64,000 nucleotides of DNA from Pseudomonadota bacterium (GCA_038747355.1 JBCDJX010000005.1:5380-69379), one strand, 5' to 3'; shown: positions 33,122 through 42,863, numbered from the stretch's first letter. Notes: a model not told the origin generated them from the sequence alone. Numbers and translations are program-made.

Positions 33122-33781
33122 ATGATTGATCTCCTGACATCAGGCAACAACGCACCGTTCACGGTTGCACTACTCGTCATGTTCGCGATTGCGATTGCCG
33201 AGGGTGCGGCCCTGGTGCTGGGTGCCGGCTTGTCGGAAACGCTGGATGCGATGCTACCGGACATGGATGTCGATTTCGGCATTGAAGGTACCGGAGGCTC
33301 GGTCTTCACCAAGCTGCTTGGGTGGCTGCATGTCGGCAAGGTGCCGATCCTGATGATCCTGATCGTGTTCCTGACGGCATTTGGCCTGATCGGCCTTGTC
33401 ATGCAGTCCATGGTCAAGGGCGTCACCGGCTTTTACCTGCCGGCCTGGTTCGCCTCGGCGCCCGCCCTGTTCCTGTCGCTGCCCGTGGTTCGGGTTGGAG
33501 CAGGGGCGCTGTCGATGATCATGCCAAGCGATGAGACTGAAGCCGTGTCATCGAACACCTTTATCGGTCGTACCGCGGTCATCACGCTGGGAGAGGCGAA
33601 AGCCGGGTCTCCGGCCGAGGCCAAGGTCGTCGATGAGCACGGTTACTCACACTACATCATGGTTGAGCCTGATTCGGCAGATGTGAGTTTTTCGCAGGGC
33701 AGCAGCGTGCTGTTAACAGAAAACCTGGGCGCCGTTTTCCGCGGCATTGTCAGCGACAGCCCGGGACTGAGGGAGGAATAA
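33122..33781 (+). CDS. yqiJ: YqiJ-family inner-membrane protein (NfeD-like C-terminal OB domain)
   Basis: Its architecture and motifs parallel E. coli YqiJ as I recall it. The N-terminal TM is FTVALLVMFAIAIAEGAALVLG, and the middle TMs are GKVPILMILIVFLTAFGLIGLV. The C-terminal soluble domain is FIGRTAVITLGEAKAGSPAEAKVVDEHGYSHYIMVEP. It lies directly upstream of a flotillin gene. Confidence 0.8.
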   Translation: MIDLLTSGNNAPFTVALLVMFAIAIAEGAALVLGAGLSETLDAMLPDMDVDFGIEGTGGSVFTKLLGWLHVGKVPILMILIVFLTAFGLIGLVMQSMVKGVTGFYLPAWFASAPALFLSLPVVRVGAGALSMIMPSDETEAVSSNTFIGRTAVITLGEAKAGSPAEAKVVDEHGYSHYIMVEPDSADVSFSQGSSVLLTENLGAVFRGIVSDSPGLREE

Positions 33782-35524
33782 ATGAACAGAGATAGTCTTT
33801 TGGGAGGAGCAGGCATGGACATAATGCAAATCGGTGTCATCACCATTGTTGTCCTGGTTGCGATGATCGCGCTCGGGCTGATTTTGTCACGCCTGTACCA
33901 CCGCGCCTCGAAGGAAGTGTCGTTCGTCAGGACGGGTTTCCGCGGGCAGACGGTCATTATCAATGGCGGCGCCATGGTGCTGCCGGTGCTGCACGAGATC
34001 ATTCCGGTCAACATGAACACCCTGCGGCTGGAGGTGAAGCGTTCCAACGAACAGGCCCTGATTACCCGCGACCGCATGCGTGTCGACGTAACGGCCGAGT
34101 TCTACGTGCGTGCCAAGCCGACCGAGGAGGCGATCGCCGCCGCTGCGCAGACGCTGGGTCTGAAGACCATGCATCCGGAGCAGCTGAAGCAACTGGTCGA
34201 GGGTAAGTTCGTTGACGCCCTGCGTGCGGTTGCCGCCGAGATGGCGATGGAAGAGCTGCACGAGAAGCGTGTCGACTTCGTACAGAAAGTGCAGCAAGTG
34301 GTGTCTGAAGACCTGCTCAAGAACGGTCTCGAGCTTGAGTCCGTGTCATTGACCGGTCTTGACCAGACGGGCTTTGAGCACTTCAATCCGCAAAACGCGT
34401 TCGACGCCGAGGGTCTGACGAAGCTGACCGAAGCCATCGAGTCACGTCGCAAGAAGCGCAACGATATCGAGCAGGATACCGCGGTCCAGATCCAGACCAA
34501 GAACCTGGAAGCGGAGCGGGAAAAACTCGAGATCGGCCGGGAAGAAGAGTACGCAAGGCTCGCCCAGCAGCGCGAAATCGAGATTCGCAGGGCGTCGCAG
34601 GCCGCGGCCATTGCCGCCGAGCAGGCAGAGAAGCTGCGCGAGTCCGAGGAAGCCAAGATCACCTCGCAGCGCGAGGTGGACATGGCCAGCATTCTTGCTG
34701 AGCGTTCCGTTGAGGAAGAGCGCATCGAAAAAGAGCGCTTGCTGAAGGAGCGTGAGGTCGAAAAGGCCAAGTCGGTTGAACTCGCCGAGCAGGAACGTGC
34801 GATTGCGGTTGCCGAGAAATCCAAGGAAGAGTCAATCGCCCAGGCTGAAGCTGACAAGGCACGTGCGCTTGCCGTTAAGGAAGAGGAGCTGGTTCGCACG
34901 GTACGCCAGGTTGAAACGGCAGAACGTGAGAAGCAGGTAGAGCTGGTACAGGCTCGCCAGGCGGCTGAGAAGGATGCGATCTCGATTACGGTCGCAGCCG
35001 ATGCCGAGAAGCAGGCTGCCGAGGACAAGGCCGTCGCCGTGCAGACGCTGGCGGAAGCCGAGGCCTCGAAAGATCGTATCGAAGCCAAGGGTGCATCGGA
35101 TGCCGAAATGCTGCGTGCGGCCGCTGCGGCGAAGACCTACGAGGTCAACGCAGAGGGCGAGCGCGCGCTCAACGAGGCGGCCAACCTGCTGTCGGAGGAG
35201 ATCATCAATATGAAGATCCGCCTCGAGATGCTCGAGAAACTGCCGGCAATCATCGCTGAGAGTGCGAAGCCGATGCAGCAGATCGACGACATCAAGATCA
35301 TCCAGGTCGATGGTCTGAACGGCGCACCGGTCGGATCCAACGGCGAAGCCGTCGCCCATCAGGGCAGCATGGCAGACCAGCTGGTTTCGAGCGCGCTGAA
35401 GTACCGGGCACAGGCACCGCTGGTTGATTCAATACTCGACGAGATCGGTATGGACGGCAGCGACCTCAACGGCCTGACGGCCGGGCTGACCGGAAACGGC
35501 GCTGCCAAGCCCAAGTCCGAGTAA
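33782..35524 (+). CDS. yqiK: Flotillin-like SPFH/Band-7 protein (YqiK type)
   Basis: The junction reads TAAATG with a GGGAGGA SD. An N-terminal TM segment is followed by the SPFH core (FVRTGFRGQTVIINGGAMVLPVLHEIIPVNMNTLRLEV). A very long Glu/Ala/Lys-rich coiled coil and a flotillin C-terminal region complete the protein. Confidence 0.9.
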   Translation: MNRDSLLGGAGMDIMQIGVITIVVLVAMIALGLILSRLYHRASKEVSFVRTGFRGQTVIINGGAMVLPVLHEIIPVNMNTLRLEVKRSNEQALITRDRMRVDVTAEFYVRAKPTEEAIAAAAQTLGLKTMHPEQLKQLVEGKFVDALRAVAAEMAMEELHEKRVDFVQKVQQVVSEDLLKNGLELESVSLTGLDQTGFEHFNPQNAFDAEGLTKLTEAIESRRKKRNDIEQDTAVQIQTKNLEAEREKLEIGREEEYARLAQQREIEIRRASQAAAIAAEQAEKLRESEEAKITSQREVDMASILAERSVEEERIEKERLLKEREVEKAKSVELAEQERAIAVAEKSKEESIAQAEADKARALAVKEEELVRTVRQVETAEREKQVELVQARQAAEKDAISITVAADAEKQAAEDKAVAVQTLAEAEASKDRIEAKGASDAEMLRAAAAAKTYEVNAEGERALNEAANLLSEEIINMKIRLEMLEKLPAIIAESAKPMQQIDDIKIIQVDGLNGAPVGSNGEAVAHQGSMADQLVSSALKYRAQAPLVDSILDEIGMDGSDLNGLTAGLTGNGAAKPKSE

Positions 35525-35546
35525 ACGCAGACAGGTCTGCTCGACA

Positions 35547-35579
35547 AACCCTTCCCGGGCAACCGGGAAGGGTTTTTTA
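35547..35579 (+). terminator. Rho-independent terminator of the pspA-yqiJK operon
   Basis: AACCCTTCCCGG, loop GCAA and CCGGGAAGGGTT are followed by TTTTT. Confidence 0.85.
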
Positions 35580-35643
35580 ATTCCCGTTGTAATGTTCGGT
35601 GCAGCCAGCCTGTCTGTTGTGGGGAGATTCGGGAGACTGCACG

Positions 35644-36027
35644 ATGAAAACCACATTACTGGCACTGTTACTTGCGACGTCCGCGCTCGCCGACACACCC
35701 GCTGACGGCAGCCGCGATGGAGAGATCCATCGCCATGCCGATGGCTTCCTGGCCTGGGATGCCGTTGGAGAGCGTTGGTTGTCGCCGCGCGAATTCTGGG
35801 TTGCGTTTGCTGCCCGAGAACGAGGCAGAAACTGGGGTGAGGGCGATCGCTTCCCACCGTTTCGCGACGTCAATGAGCACGACACTTTCCTCGTCAAGAC
35901 GGCCGAGGGCGAGTGTCTGATGTACTTCTTTCATCGCCGCTGGCGACGTGCCAACGACGTGTGGCGCTGGCACCCGGCGTTCAATGAATTCGACGGCTGC
36001 CCAAGCGTCTTCGAGCAGCTCAGATAA
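35644..36027 (+). CDS. Small secreted Trp/Arg-rich hypothetical protein
   Basis: The ATG at 35644 gives MKTTLLALLLATSALA (a signal peptide). The mature part of about 110 aa has no recognisable domain. Confidence 0.6.
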   Translation: MKTTLLALLLATSALADTPADGSRDGEIHRHADGFLAWDAVGERWLSPREFWVAFAARERGRNWGEGDRFPPFRDVNEHDTFLVKTAEGECLMYFFHRRWRRANDVWRWHPAFNEFDGCPSVFEQLR

Positions 36028-36032
36028 ATGCG

Positions 36033-37034
36033 CTAGGCGGCCAGCCGAGTTCCGTCGTCGGCGACAAGACTGACCAGCACCCGGCGAGATCCTTCGAACG
36101 GACGCCTGCCGTGCATCACCAGGAAGTTGTCGACCAGCGCGACGTCGCCCGGTTGCCAGGCCAGGTCAAAAATGTACTCGTCACCCAATTCGATCGCGCG
36201 CTGCATGCCCGCGACGTCGATAGCTGAGCCATCGCCGTAACTGATCACGCTGCTCGGATCTTTTTCGGCATCCTTCCAGCCGCGAAATGCGGCGATCAGT
36301 TGGTTGAAAAACACTTTGCGTCCATCGGTGAGTTCACGAACGGCAGGCAACGCTGGCGTCGTCGCGCGAAGTGAGCCGTCCTCCAGCCACGTGTAGCTGT
36401 AGCCAAGGCTGTCCAATCGCGCTTCGGCCGCCTCGCGGGAATCCACGCTGAGCGTGCTTTTCCAGCTTCGGCCCTGGCCGGATTCCGGGTCGTCATCGGC
36501 CGGCATCGTATTCGAGTATTTCACGCCCAGTCGCTCAAGGTCGTCAACGAAGGTCGGCGCGTCACGGCGCAGGTGCTCGAGGACAACGTCGGATCGACAC
36601 AGCGGCGTCTGGCCGTCTTTTTCCGCCGCGATTTCACAGCAAAAAAACAGTCGTGAAGGAAACAGCGGCGTTTGCGCCATTTCATGATGCAGGAAAATGG
36701 ACACTTCCGGCGGCGCTTCGTTGGCGGTAAAAACGAGATCGGTCTTGTTGATACGCACCGCGTTCGAGAGCGACTCCTCGTAGGTAAAGCTGTCGAGGCC
36801 GAACGCCCGGATGAAAGTATCGAAATCTTCGGCCCCATCAATCGGGAATCCGCGGAATAAAATCGCCCCGTGTTTGCTGAGCTCGTCGACCAGCTGCGCC
36901 GAGTTTTCACGTGCCCAGGCCGACGCATCGTCCAGGGAAGCGCCTTGCGTGTCGAGCGCATAAACGTAGGGAAAGACTTCCTCGTAGTGTTGCTGGCCTT
37001 CAACGGCCGGGTTTTTTGTCACAAGCGCCGACAT
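36033..37034 (-). CDS. TauD/TfdA-family Fe(II)/2-oxoglutarate-dependent dioxygenase
   Basis: The start is at the ATG at 37034 (MSALVTKNP...). GAILFRGFPIDGAEDFDTFIRAFG and the FLHHEMAQ metal-binding region resemble the TauD/SyrP-like group. Confidence 0.8.
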   Translation of the reverse strand: MSALVTKNPAVEGQQHYEEVFPYVYALDTQGASLDDASAWARENSAQLVDELSKHGAILFRGFPIDGAEDFDTFIRAFGLDSFTYEESLSNAVRINKTDLVFTANEAPPEVSIFLHHEMAQTPLFPSRLFFCCEIAAEKDGQTPLCRSDVVLEHLRRDAPTFVDDLERLGVKYSNTMPADDDPESGQGRSWKSTLSVDSREAAEARLDSLGYSYTWLEDGSLRATTPALPAVRELTDGRKVFFNQLIAAFRGWKDAEKDPSSVISYGDGSAIDVAGMQRAIELGDEYIFDLAWQPGDVALVDNFLVMHGRRPFEGSRRVLVSLVADDGTRLAA

Positions 37035-37053
37035 GTCGGTGCCTCCTGCCTGT

Positions 37054-38028
37054 TTAGTCGTAAATGGGATAAAAGGTGCCGAACGCCTGTTCAGCGAAAA
37101 CGCCCGGGTCATTAAAACGACGGTTCTGGTTCAGGCCCGATATCGCCGTCATTTCGTCATCGCTCAAAACGAAGTCAAAGATGTCGAGATTTTCCGCGAG
37201 CCGTTCTTTCCTGGTGGTCTTCGGGATGATCGACGTGCCGCGCTGCACACCCCAACGGAGTACAACCTGCGCAGGCGTTTTGCCGGTGCGTTCGGCGGCG
37301 GCTTTGACACAATCGGCGGTTAGCACGGTGTCCTGATTGCTCGCCATGTCGAGCTCGACGTAGGACAGCGCGCCCAGCGGAGAAAACGCGGTCACCGCGA
37401 TGTTGTAATAGCCGGCCAGGCGAATCAGTTTTTGCTGGGTCAGGAAGGGGTGACTTTCGACCTGCAGCATTGCAGGTTTGACGGTCGCATACGCCATCAG
37501 ATCGTTCAGCAGGCCGGAGTTGTAGTTGCAGACACCAATCTCACGTACGAGCTCGGCGTTCACCAGCTGTTCCATGGCACCCCAGGTTTGCGACAGTGGC
37601 ACTTTGTCCAGATGCATGTGCGGCTGGTCTTCGTTCGGGTCAAACAACCATTCGGGCGGGTAGCGTTCCTCAATCGGGACGTACTTGAGCGCGATCGGAA
37701 AATGGATCAGATAGAGGTCCAGGTAGTCCAGACCAAGGTCTTTCAGGCTCTTTTCGCAGGCCTCCTTGACGTGCTCGGGACGGTGGAAGGTGTTCCAGAG
37801 CTTGGACGTGATCCAGAGTTCGCCGCGAGTACAGAGGCCGTCCGCAATTGCCTTGGCGATACCTTCGCCTGCTTCGACTTCGTTGCCGTAATCACACGCC
37901 GAATCAATATGCCGATAGCCGACTTCGATAGCCTCGTAGACCGAGCGCGCTGTGTCCTCGGGTGCAATCTTCCAGATCCCGAGACCGACGGCCGGCATCG
38001 TGCCGTCGCCCACCTTGATTGTTGTCAT
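37054..38028 (-). CDS. Aldo/keto reductase (xylose-reductase-like AKR)
   Basis: The motifs are MPAVGLGIWK, IDSACDYGNE (Asp and Tyr), ITSKLWN (Lys) and LYLIHFP (His). Confidence 0.92.
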   Translation of the reverse strand: MTTIKVGDGTMPAVGLGIWKIAPEDTARSVYEAIEVGYRHIDSACDYGNEVEAGEGIAKAIADGLCTRGELWITSKLWNTFHRPEHVKEACEKSLKDLGLDYLDLYLIHFPIALKYVPIEERYPPEWLFDPNEDQPHMHLDKVPLSQTWGAMEQLVNAELVREIGVCNYNSGLLNDLMAYATVKPAMLQVESHPFLTQQKLIRLAGYYNIAVTAFSPLGALSYVELDMASNQDTVLTADCVKAAAERTGKTPAQVVLRWGVQRGTSIIPKTTRKERLAENLDIFDFVLSDDEMTAISGLNQNRRFNDPGVFAEQAFGTFYPIYD

Positions 38029-38045
38029 TGCCTGAATTCTCCGGG

Positions 38046-39269
38046 TTACTTGTTGAGCAGGCCGTCAAGGCCATGCTCGGATACCAATGTCTCGATGTCG
38101 GTTGGCACACCGCTGGCGGCAGAGTTCTGTGCGGCGGCAGCGATCACGATGGACCACAGTCCTTCGAGCGGCGTTGCGGCGTCGGCAGCTCGCCCGGCCA
38201 GCTGGTCAGCGAATGCCACATGTTCGAACCAGGTCGCGCCATGGTGGCCGCTCTGGTCAACGGCGCGCGTGTAGCCCAGTTCGGTGCGTCGACTGGCGCC
38301 CATTTCGCCGAGTTCCACAGCCACTTCGCTGCGAGCGACATCGTCGCGCTGGAAGTCGAAACTCTCGGTCGCGGTGAGTCGGCCGAGTTCACCGCAGACG
38401 GTCAGCTCTTCGCGAAACTGAGGGCAGAACATGTTCAGCGTGAAGCTGGCACGCACGTTGTTGTCGTAGTCGATAATTACAAAGGCGTGGTCATGAATGT
38501 CCGATTCCACGTCCTGGTATTCGAAATCCGTGAAGTTCACTGCTTGTCCGGACGAGGCATACACACGCGTCGGTCGCCCCTGTGCCAGCAAGGTCAGCAG
38601 GTCAAAGTAGTGACAGCATTTTTCCACCAGTGTGCCACCACTCTTGGCGTTGAACTTGTTCCATTGGCCAACCTTGTCGAGAAACGGCGGTCGGTATTCG
38701 GCCATCGACAGCATATGCACTCGGCCAAGGCTGTTGCGCTCCAGCGCTTCGTGACGCGCCTCGACGTACGGCGCCTTGTACCGGTATTGCAGCCCGACCT
38801 GGATGAAGCTCGGATACGTCGCGGCGATCTCGCAGATGCGTTTCGCGTCCGCCAGCGTGGTGGCCATCGGCTTTTCGAGGAAGATGGGTTTGCCGCTCTT
38901 GGCAGCGACCTCAAGTACGTCGATGTGCGTGTAGTTCGGCGTGCAGATCATCAGCGCATCGACCGCGTCGTCATTGCACGCGGCGTCAAGGCTGTCGTAG
39001 TGCTGCAGCGTGTCCGCCGAGTGTCGCGCAAATTCTTCGCTGGCGACCGCCATACTTTCACGCTGCGTGTCGAAAATGCCGTTAACAGCGACACGACCGA
39101 GCATGGCGGCGACACGCATGTGCTCGATGCCGATCGTGCCCGTGCCGATCACGTTGACCCGGTGCGTGGGCGCTCGTTTGGAATACAGGTAATGGTCGCC
39201 TGGCTGGATGTGCCGTTGGCCTGATGATTCCTCGAAAAAGCGAAGACGCGGTTTTGCTATGTCAGTCAT
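38046..39269 (-). CDS. Gfo/Idh/MocA family NAD(P)-dependent oxidoreductase
   Basis: It has the Rossmann motif RVNVIGTGTIGIEHM and the conserved EKP motif (IFLEKPMATT). The 401-aa ORF on the opposite strand has no motifs and is rejected. Confidence 0.9.
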   Translation of the reverse strand: MTDIAKPRLRFFEESSGQRHIQPGDHYLYSKRAPTHRVNVIGTGTIGIEHMRVAAMLGRVAVNGIFDTQRESMAVASEEFARHSADTLQHYDSLDAACNDDAVDALMICTPNYTHIDVLEVAAKSGKPIFLEKPMATTLADAKRICEIAATYPSFIQVGLQYRYKAPYVEARHEALERNSLGRVHMLSMAEYRPPFLDKVGQWNKFNAKSGGTLVEKCCHYFDLLTLLAQGRPTRVYASSGQAVNFTDFEYQDVESDIHDHAFVIIDYDNNVRASFTLNMFCPQFREELTVCGELGRLTATESFDFQRDDVARSEVAVELGEMGASRRTELGYTRAVDQSGHHGATWFEHVAFADQLAGRAADAATPLEGLWSIVIAAAAQNSAASGVPTDIETLVSEHGLDGLLNK

Positions 39270-39315
39270 GGGTTTGCGTCCCTAGTTCGGTCGAGTCTAG
39301 CCGCCGTTCCGGAAA

Positions 39316-39333
39316 AATACAAACGTTTGTATT
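39316..39333. promoter_or_regulatory. Perfect 18-bp palindrome AATACAAACGTTTGTATT, a candidate LacI-family operator
   Basis: It has a central CG and perfect 9-bp arms. It lies 46 nt upstream of the GFO gene start and 60 nt upstream of the lacI-type gene ATG. A second copy with one mismatch is at 42864-42881. Confidence 0.75.
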
Positions 39334-39393
39334 CTTGCCGGTGGCGGGAGCTGCTAAGCTGTTGTGTGCACGATGAGCCCGGGAAACCCGCCG

Positions 39394-40452
39394 ATGAAAA
39401 AGTCCGGCAGTAAAGCGCGCCGTACGACAATCAAGGACATCGCCAAAGCGGCTGGCGTCGATCCGTCGACGGTCACGCGGGCGCTGCAGGGCAGCGAGCG
39501 TGTGAAACCGGCGACGCGCGAAAAAATCGCGGGGCTCGCTGCCGATATGGGTTATGTCCCGAACATGGCCGCACGGACGCTGGTCAAATCTCGCAGTGAC
39601 CTGATCGGCGTGGTTATCCCGGACATGACTAATCCGTTTTTTCGGGATTTGGGCCAGGGCATTGAGGATGAAGCCGCGAAACACGATCTTCGCGTGATTT
39701 TCAACGATACCCGTGGCGTCGAGTCTGCGGAGCGGGATGCCGTCAATCTGCTGCTCGAGCTCAAGATCGATGGTCTGATTGTTCCCATGGCGAGGAGCCC
39801 GCAGGATTACTACGACTCGCTGGCGCGGTCGCTTGGCGATGCCGTACCTATCGTGCACGTCAACCGCGAAGAAGCGCCGCACCAGGTGTCCTGCGACCGG
39901 GTTGGCGGTTCCATACAGGTCATGCAGCACCTGATCGGACTGGGTCATCGCCGAATCGGATTCGTGCGCGGTCCGACCGGTCCCGGAGCGGACCCGAAAA
40001 TGGTCGCCTACCGACGAGCGCTTGACCAGGCTGGTATTGACTACGATCCCGAACTGATTTTCAGCTTCGACGGCACGCTTGCAAGCTCGGGAGCGATCGT
40101 CGAACAGCTGCTCGCCCTGGAGCAATTGCCAACCGCGGTGTTTGCACACAACGACGTCAATGCGATAGCGATGATTCATGAAATGCGCGACCGGGATATC
40201 ACAGTGCCTGGCGATATTTCGATCGCTGGTCACGATGACATTCGCCTGGCTGCCTATGTTGATCCGCCGCTGACGACGGTCGGCTGGCCGATGTACGAAC
40301 TCGGGCAGCAAAGTGTCCGTTATCTGTATAGCCTGGGACATGGCGCAACCCCCGAGGAGCCGAAGATGTCGGCGCCGGAACTGGTGGTCAGGGAGTCGAC
40401 GGGCAGCCCGAAGGCTGCCCGCCTGGCACAGACTAGTAGTAGTTCAGCCTGA
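39394..40452 (+). CDS. LacI family transcriptional regulator
   Basis: The HTH reads TIKDIAKAAGVDPSTVTRALQG and is followed by a periplasmic-binding-protein-like sugar-binding core. The start is ATG 39394 or, less likely, GTG 39364. Confidence 0.92.
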   Translation: MKKSGSKARRTTIKDIAKAAGVDPSTVTRALQGSERVKPATREKIAGLAADMGYVPNMAARTLVKSRSDLIGVVIPDMTNPFFRDLGQGIEDEAAKHDLRVIFNDTRGVESAERDAVNLLLELKIDGLIVPMARSPQDYYDSLARSLGDAVPIVHVNREEAPHQVSCDRVGGSIQVMQHLIGLGHRRIGFVRGPTGPGADPKMVAYRRALDQAGIDYDPELIFSFDGTLASSGAIVEQLLALEQLPTAVFAHNDVNAIAMIHEMRDRDITVPGDISIAGHDDIRLAAYVDPPLTTVGWPMYELGQQSVRYLYSLGHGATPEEPKMSAPELVVRESTGSPKAARLAQTSSSSA

Positions 40453-42736
40453 AGTTGACGCCGAAGTAACGCTCGGCATCGCGGGGGATCTGGTAACGGA
40501 AACCGTCACCGGAGAAGGTCGTCGCAAACGACTCGTCCGTCAGGTTCTTGCCGATCAGCGTGACACCCAGCTTGTCATCCTCGCTCCACCAGCCGATGGA
40601 CGCATTCAGGATGCTGTAGTCCGGCAGGAGGAACGGTACTTCGTCTTCCTGGCCGATGTTGCCGGAGAGCTTCTCGTCGGTGAACACGTAGCTGCCGTTG
40701 ATCTGGATGCGGCTGCCATTGTCCAGCGGGATGTTGTAGTCCGCCGCCGTGGAAATCTTCGTGTCCGGTGAGAACGGCAGATCAGCACCCGTTACTGACT
40801 TCGCATCCGAGAACGCAAAACCACCCGTCAGGCTGAGGTTGTCATTGACCTGCCAGAGGTAGTCAAACTCGAAGCCTTCCGTGTCGACATCGCCACCGTT
40901 GGTGAAGCCGGTGATGGTCGTGCCGTCAGAGTCGTCGAAGTCGTTCGCCTGGAAGTCTTCGATTTCCGCCGAGTAGACCGCGAAGTTGAACAGGCCGAAA
41001 TCGGTCGTGATTTTCACACCCAGCTCGATCGAGTCGGAGGTCTCGGCGTTAATCGGGTTCGTGTCGGCGTCACTCATGTTGTAGAACACGTTGAAGGCCG
41101 GACCCTTGTAACCCATCGCGTACGTCAGGTAGGTGTTGATCGAATCGGTCGCTGCCCACTGCAGGCCAATTTTGCCGGAAACGTCCGTGTCGTCGGTGCT
41201 GCCGGAAAAGTTGGTGTCGAGGGTGCGCGGGCGGACGCCGACGCCACGACGACCGAACTCATCGAGGTTTACACGATTGTGGCTGTAGGACACATCGTCC
41301 GAGGTGTAGCGCAAGCCGCCGAGCAGGGTCAGCGTGTCAGACACCGCGTAGGAACCCTGGCCGAACACCGCGAAGTTCTTGAACTCGGTGTCCATGAAGC
41401 CGGTTGCCGCAACGATGTCGTTGGCGTTACAGGTAATGCCGTTCGCCGCTATGAACGCATCGATGCCGGCCTGGTCCGGAGCGGGCTGGCCCAGCGTGTT
41501 CTCGATGTGATCCGCGATGGCTTCGTTCAGCTGGCCGTTGTTGTTCTGGCAGCTCGCGTCACGCGTGAAGTTTCGCTGCGACTCGATGTTCCAGTAGAAG
41601 AAACCGGCCTGCCATTCGAAAGCCTCACCCGTGTTCGAAGCGATGCGCAACTCCTGCGACAGCTGGCGCCACTCCTGCGGGCCAACGTCGTGCAGCTGGA
41701 ACGGAACACCAAACACCGGCAGCGTCGAATCGCCGGCGATCGACGTGAAGTCACCTTCGCGGAACTCGGTGTTGTCCCAGGTCCGCTGTGCGGTAATCGA
41801 TGTCAGGGTGTAGTCGCCCAGATCCGCTTCGATCTGGATGGACATGGCGGTCGTCGCGTCCAGCGTCCGGGTTTCGAAGTCGTGGTCGATCAGACGCTGG
41901 TCAAGATCAAGGCCGGTGCCATTGGGCACCGCTTCCGAGGCCGGGTTGCGACCGCTCGGACGCGCTTCCAGGTCCGCGCAGCAGTCATTACTGGCATCGT
42001 AGTCTTCGAAAATCAGCAGGGCGGATATCGAATCCGAGACGTCGTAGTCGAACATCGCGCGGATGCCCTGTTTGTCGTAGCCGTTGACCGTTTCGTTGTT
42101 GAAGACGTTGCGAATATAGCCGTCAAACTCCGAATTCAGCACGGTGACGCTGGCACGCAGGTCGTCGGTCAGTGGTCCGGAAATGCGGGCACGCAGCTGA
42201 TACTCCGCATCCTCATAAAACGTACCGCTGAGATAGCCTTCCAGTTCGTCGGACGGCCGCCGTGTGGTGATGTTGACGACACCGGCAGACGCGTTCTTGC
42301 CGAACAGTGTGCCCTGAGGTCCGCGCAGAACTTCAACGCGTTCCAGGTCGTAGAGGTCACCGAAGGCCTGTCCCGAGCGACCGAGCACAACGCCGTCGAC
42401 GACCGTCGACACGGACGGCTCCGCAGCAACCGAGAACGATACCGTGCCGATACCGCGCACGGTCAGGGCACTGTTTCTCGTCGTGTTACCCGTGCGGAAG
42501 TTCACCGCCGGTATCAGCGCCTGAAGTTCTTCCAAGTTGCTGGTGAATGACGACTCAATGGTGTCGCTGGTCAAAACGGAGACCGCCAGGGGAACCTCAC
42601 TCAGGTTCTCCTCACGCTTCTGCGCCGTGACGACGACTTCCTCGATGATGGATTGGCCGAACGCCGATCCGGGTAAAGCGATTGTTGCAACGCAGATGGC
42701 AAGGCCTGCCAGCGTTGCTGCCTTCAAGTCACGCAT
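40433..42736 (-). CDS. TonB-dependent outer-membrane receptor
   Basis: The ATG at 42736 gives MRDLKAATLAGLAICVATIALPGSAFG (a signal peptide). The plug domain reads EEVVVTAQKREENLSEVPLAVSVLT...ALTVRGIG...VEVLRGPQGTLFGKNA. The large barrel ends in FRLNYY. Confidence 0.93.
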   Translation of the reverse strand: MRDLKAATLAGLAICVATIALPGSAFGQSIIEEVVVTAQKREENLSEVPLAVSVLTSDTIESSFTSNLEELQALIPAVNFRTGNTTRNSALTVRGIGTVSFSVAAEPSVSTVVDGVVLGRSGQAFGDLYDLERVEVLRGPQGTLFGKNASAGVVNITTRRPSDELEGYLSGTFYEDAEYQLRARISGPLTDDLRASVTVLNSEFDGYIRNVFNNETVNGYDKQGIRAMFDYDVSDSISALLIFEDYDASNDCCADLEARPSGRNPASEAVPNGTGLDLDQRLIDHDFETRTLDATTAMSIQIEADLGDYTLTSITAQRTWDNTEFREGDFTSIAGDSTLPVFGVPFQLHDVGPQEWRQLSQELRIASNTGEAFEWQAGFFYWNIESQRNFTRDASCQNNNGQLNEAIADHIENTLGQPAPDQAGIDAFIAANGITCNANDIVAATGFMDTEFKNFAVFGQGSYAVSDTLTLLGGLRYTSDDVSYSHNRVNLDEFGRRGVGVRPRTLDTNFSGSTDDTDVSGKIGLQWAATDSINTYLTYAMGYKGPAFNVFYNMSDADTNPINAETSDSIELGVKITTDFGLFNFAVYSAEIEDFQANDFDDSDGTTITGFTNGGDVDTEGFEFDYLWQVNDNLSLTGGFAFSDAKSVTGADLPFSPDTKISTAADYNIPLDNGSRIQINGSYVFTDEKLSGNIGQEDEVPFLLPDYSILNASIGWWSEDDKLGVTLIGKNLTDESFATTFSGDGFRYQIPRDAERYFGVNFRLNYY

Positions 42737-42863
42737 CTTATCCCCCCTTGTCAAAAATGCTTGTGACGGGGCGGCCGTACTTGTGGCTCGTCAATGACAG
42801 AGTCGACCAAAACCGCCCCCTAGCTACTTTGGTCCGCTCCCGTTTTACGCTTCAGGCGTGAAA

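Noticed and set aside
34102-35088. 328-aa Ser/Ala-rich minus-strand ORF inside the flotillin gene
   Set aside because: It is the antisense image of the Glu/Ala/Lys coiled-coil region. It has no start context and no signal or domain features.
38019-39224. 401-aa ORF on the plus strand, opposite the Gfo/Idh/MocA gene
   Set aside because: It has no motifs and an Arg/Val/His-rich composition typical of antisense frames in GC-rich DNA. The minus-strand frame carries the Rossmann (IGTGTIG) and EKP motifs.
39262-40341. 359-aa ORF on the minus strand, opposite the LacI regulator gene
   Set aside because: This is an antisense shadow ORF. The plus frame has an unmistakable LacI HTH and sugar-binding core. 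The minus-frame product is Arg-rich and featureless.
41279-42550. 423-aa plus-strand ORF inside the TonB-receptor gene
   Set aside because: This is an antisense artefact of high GC content. The minus frame has the plug and barrel motifs and a signal peptide.
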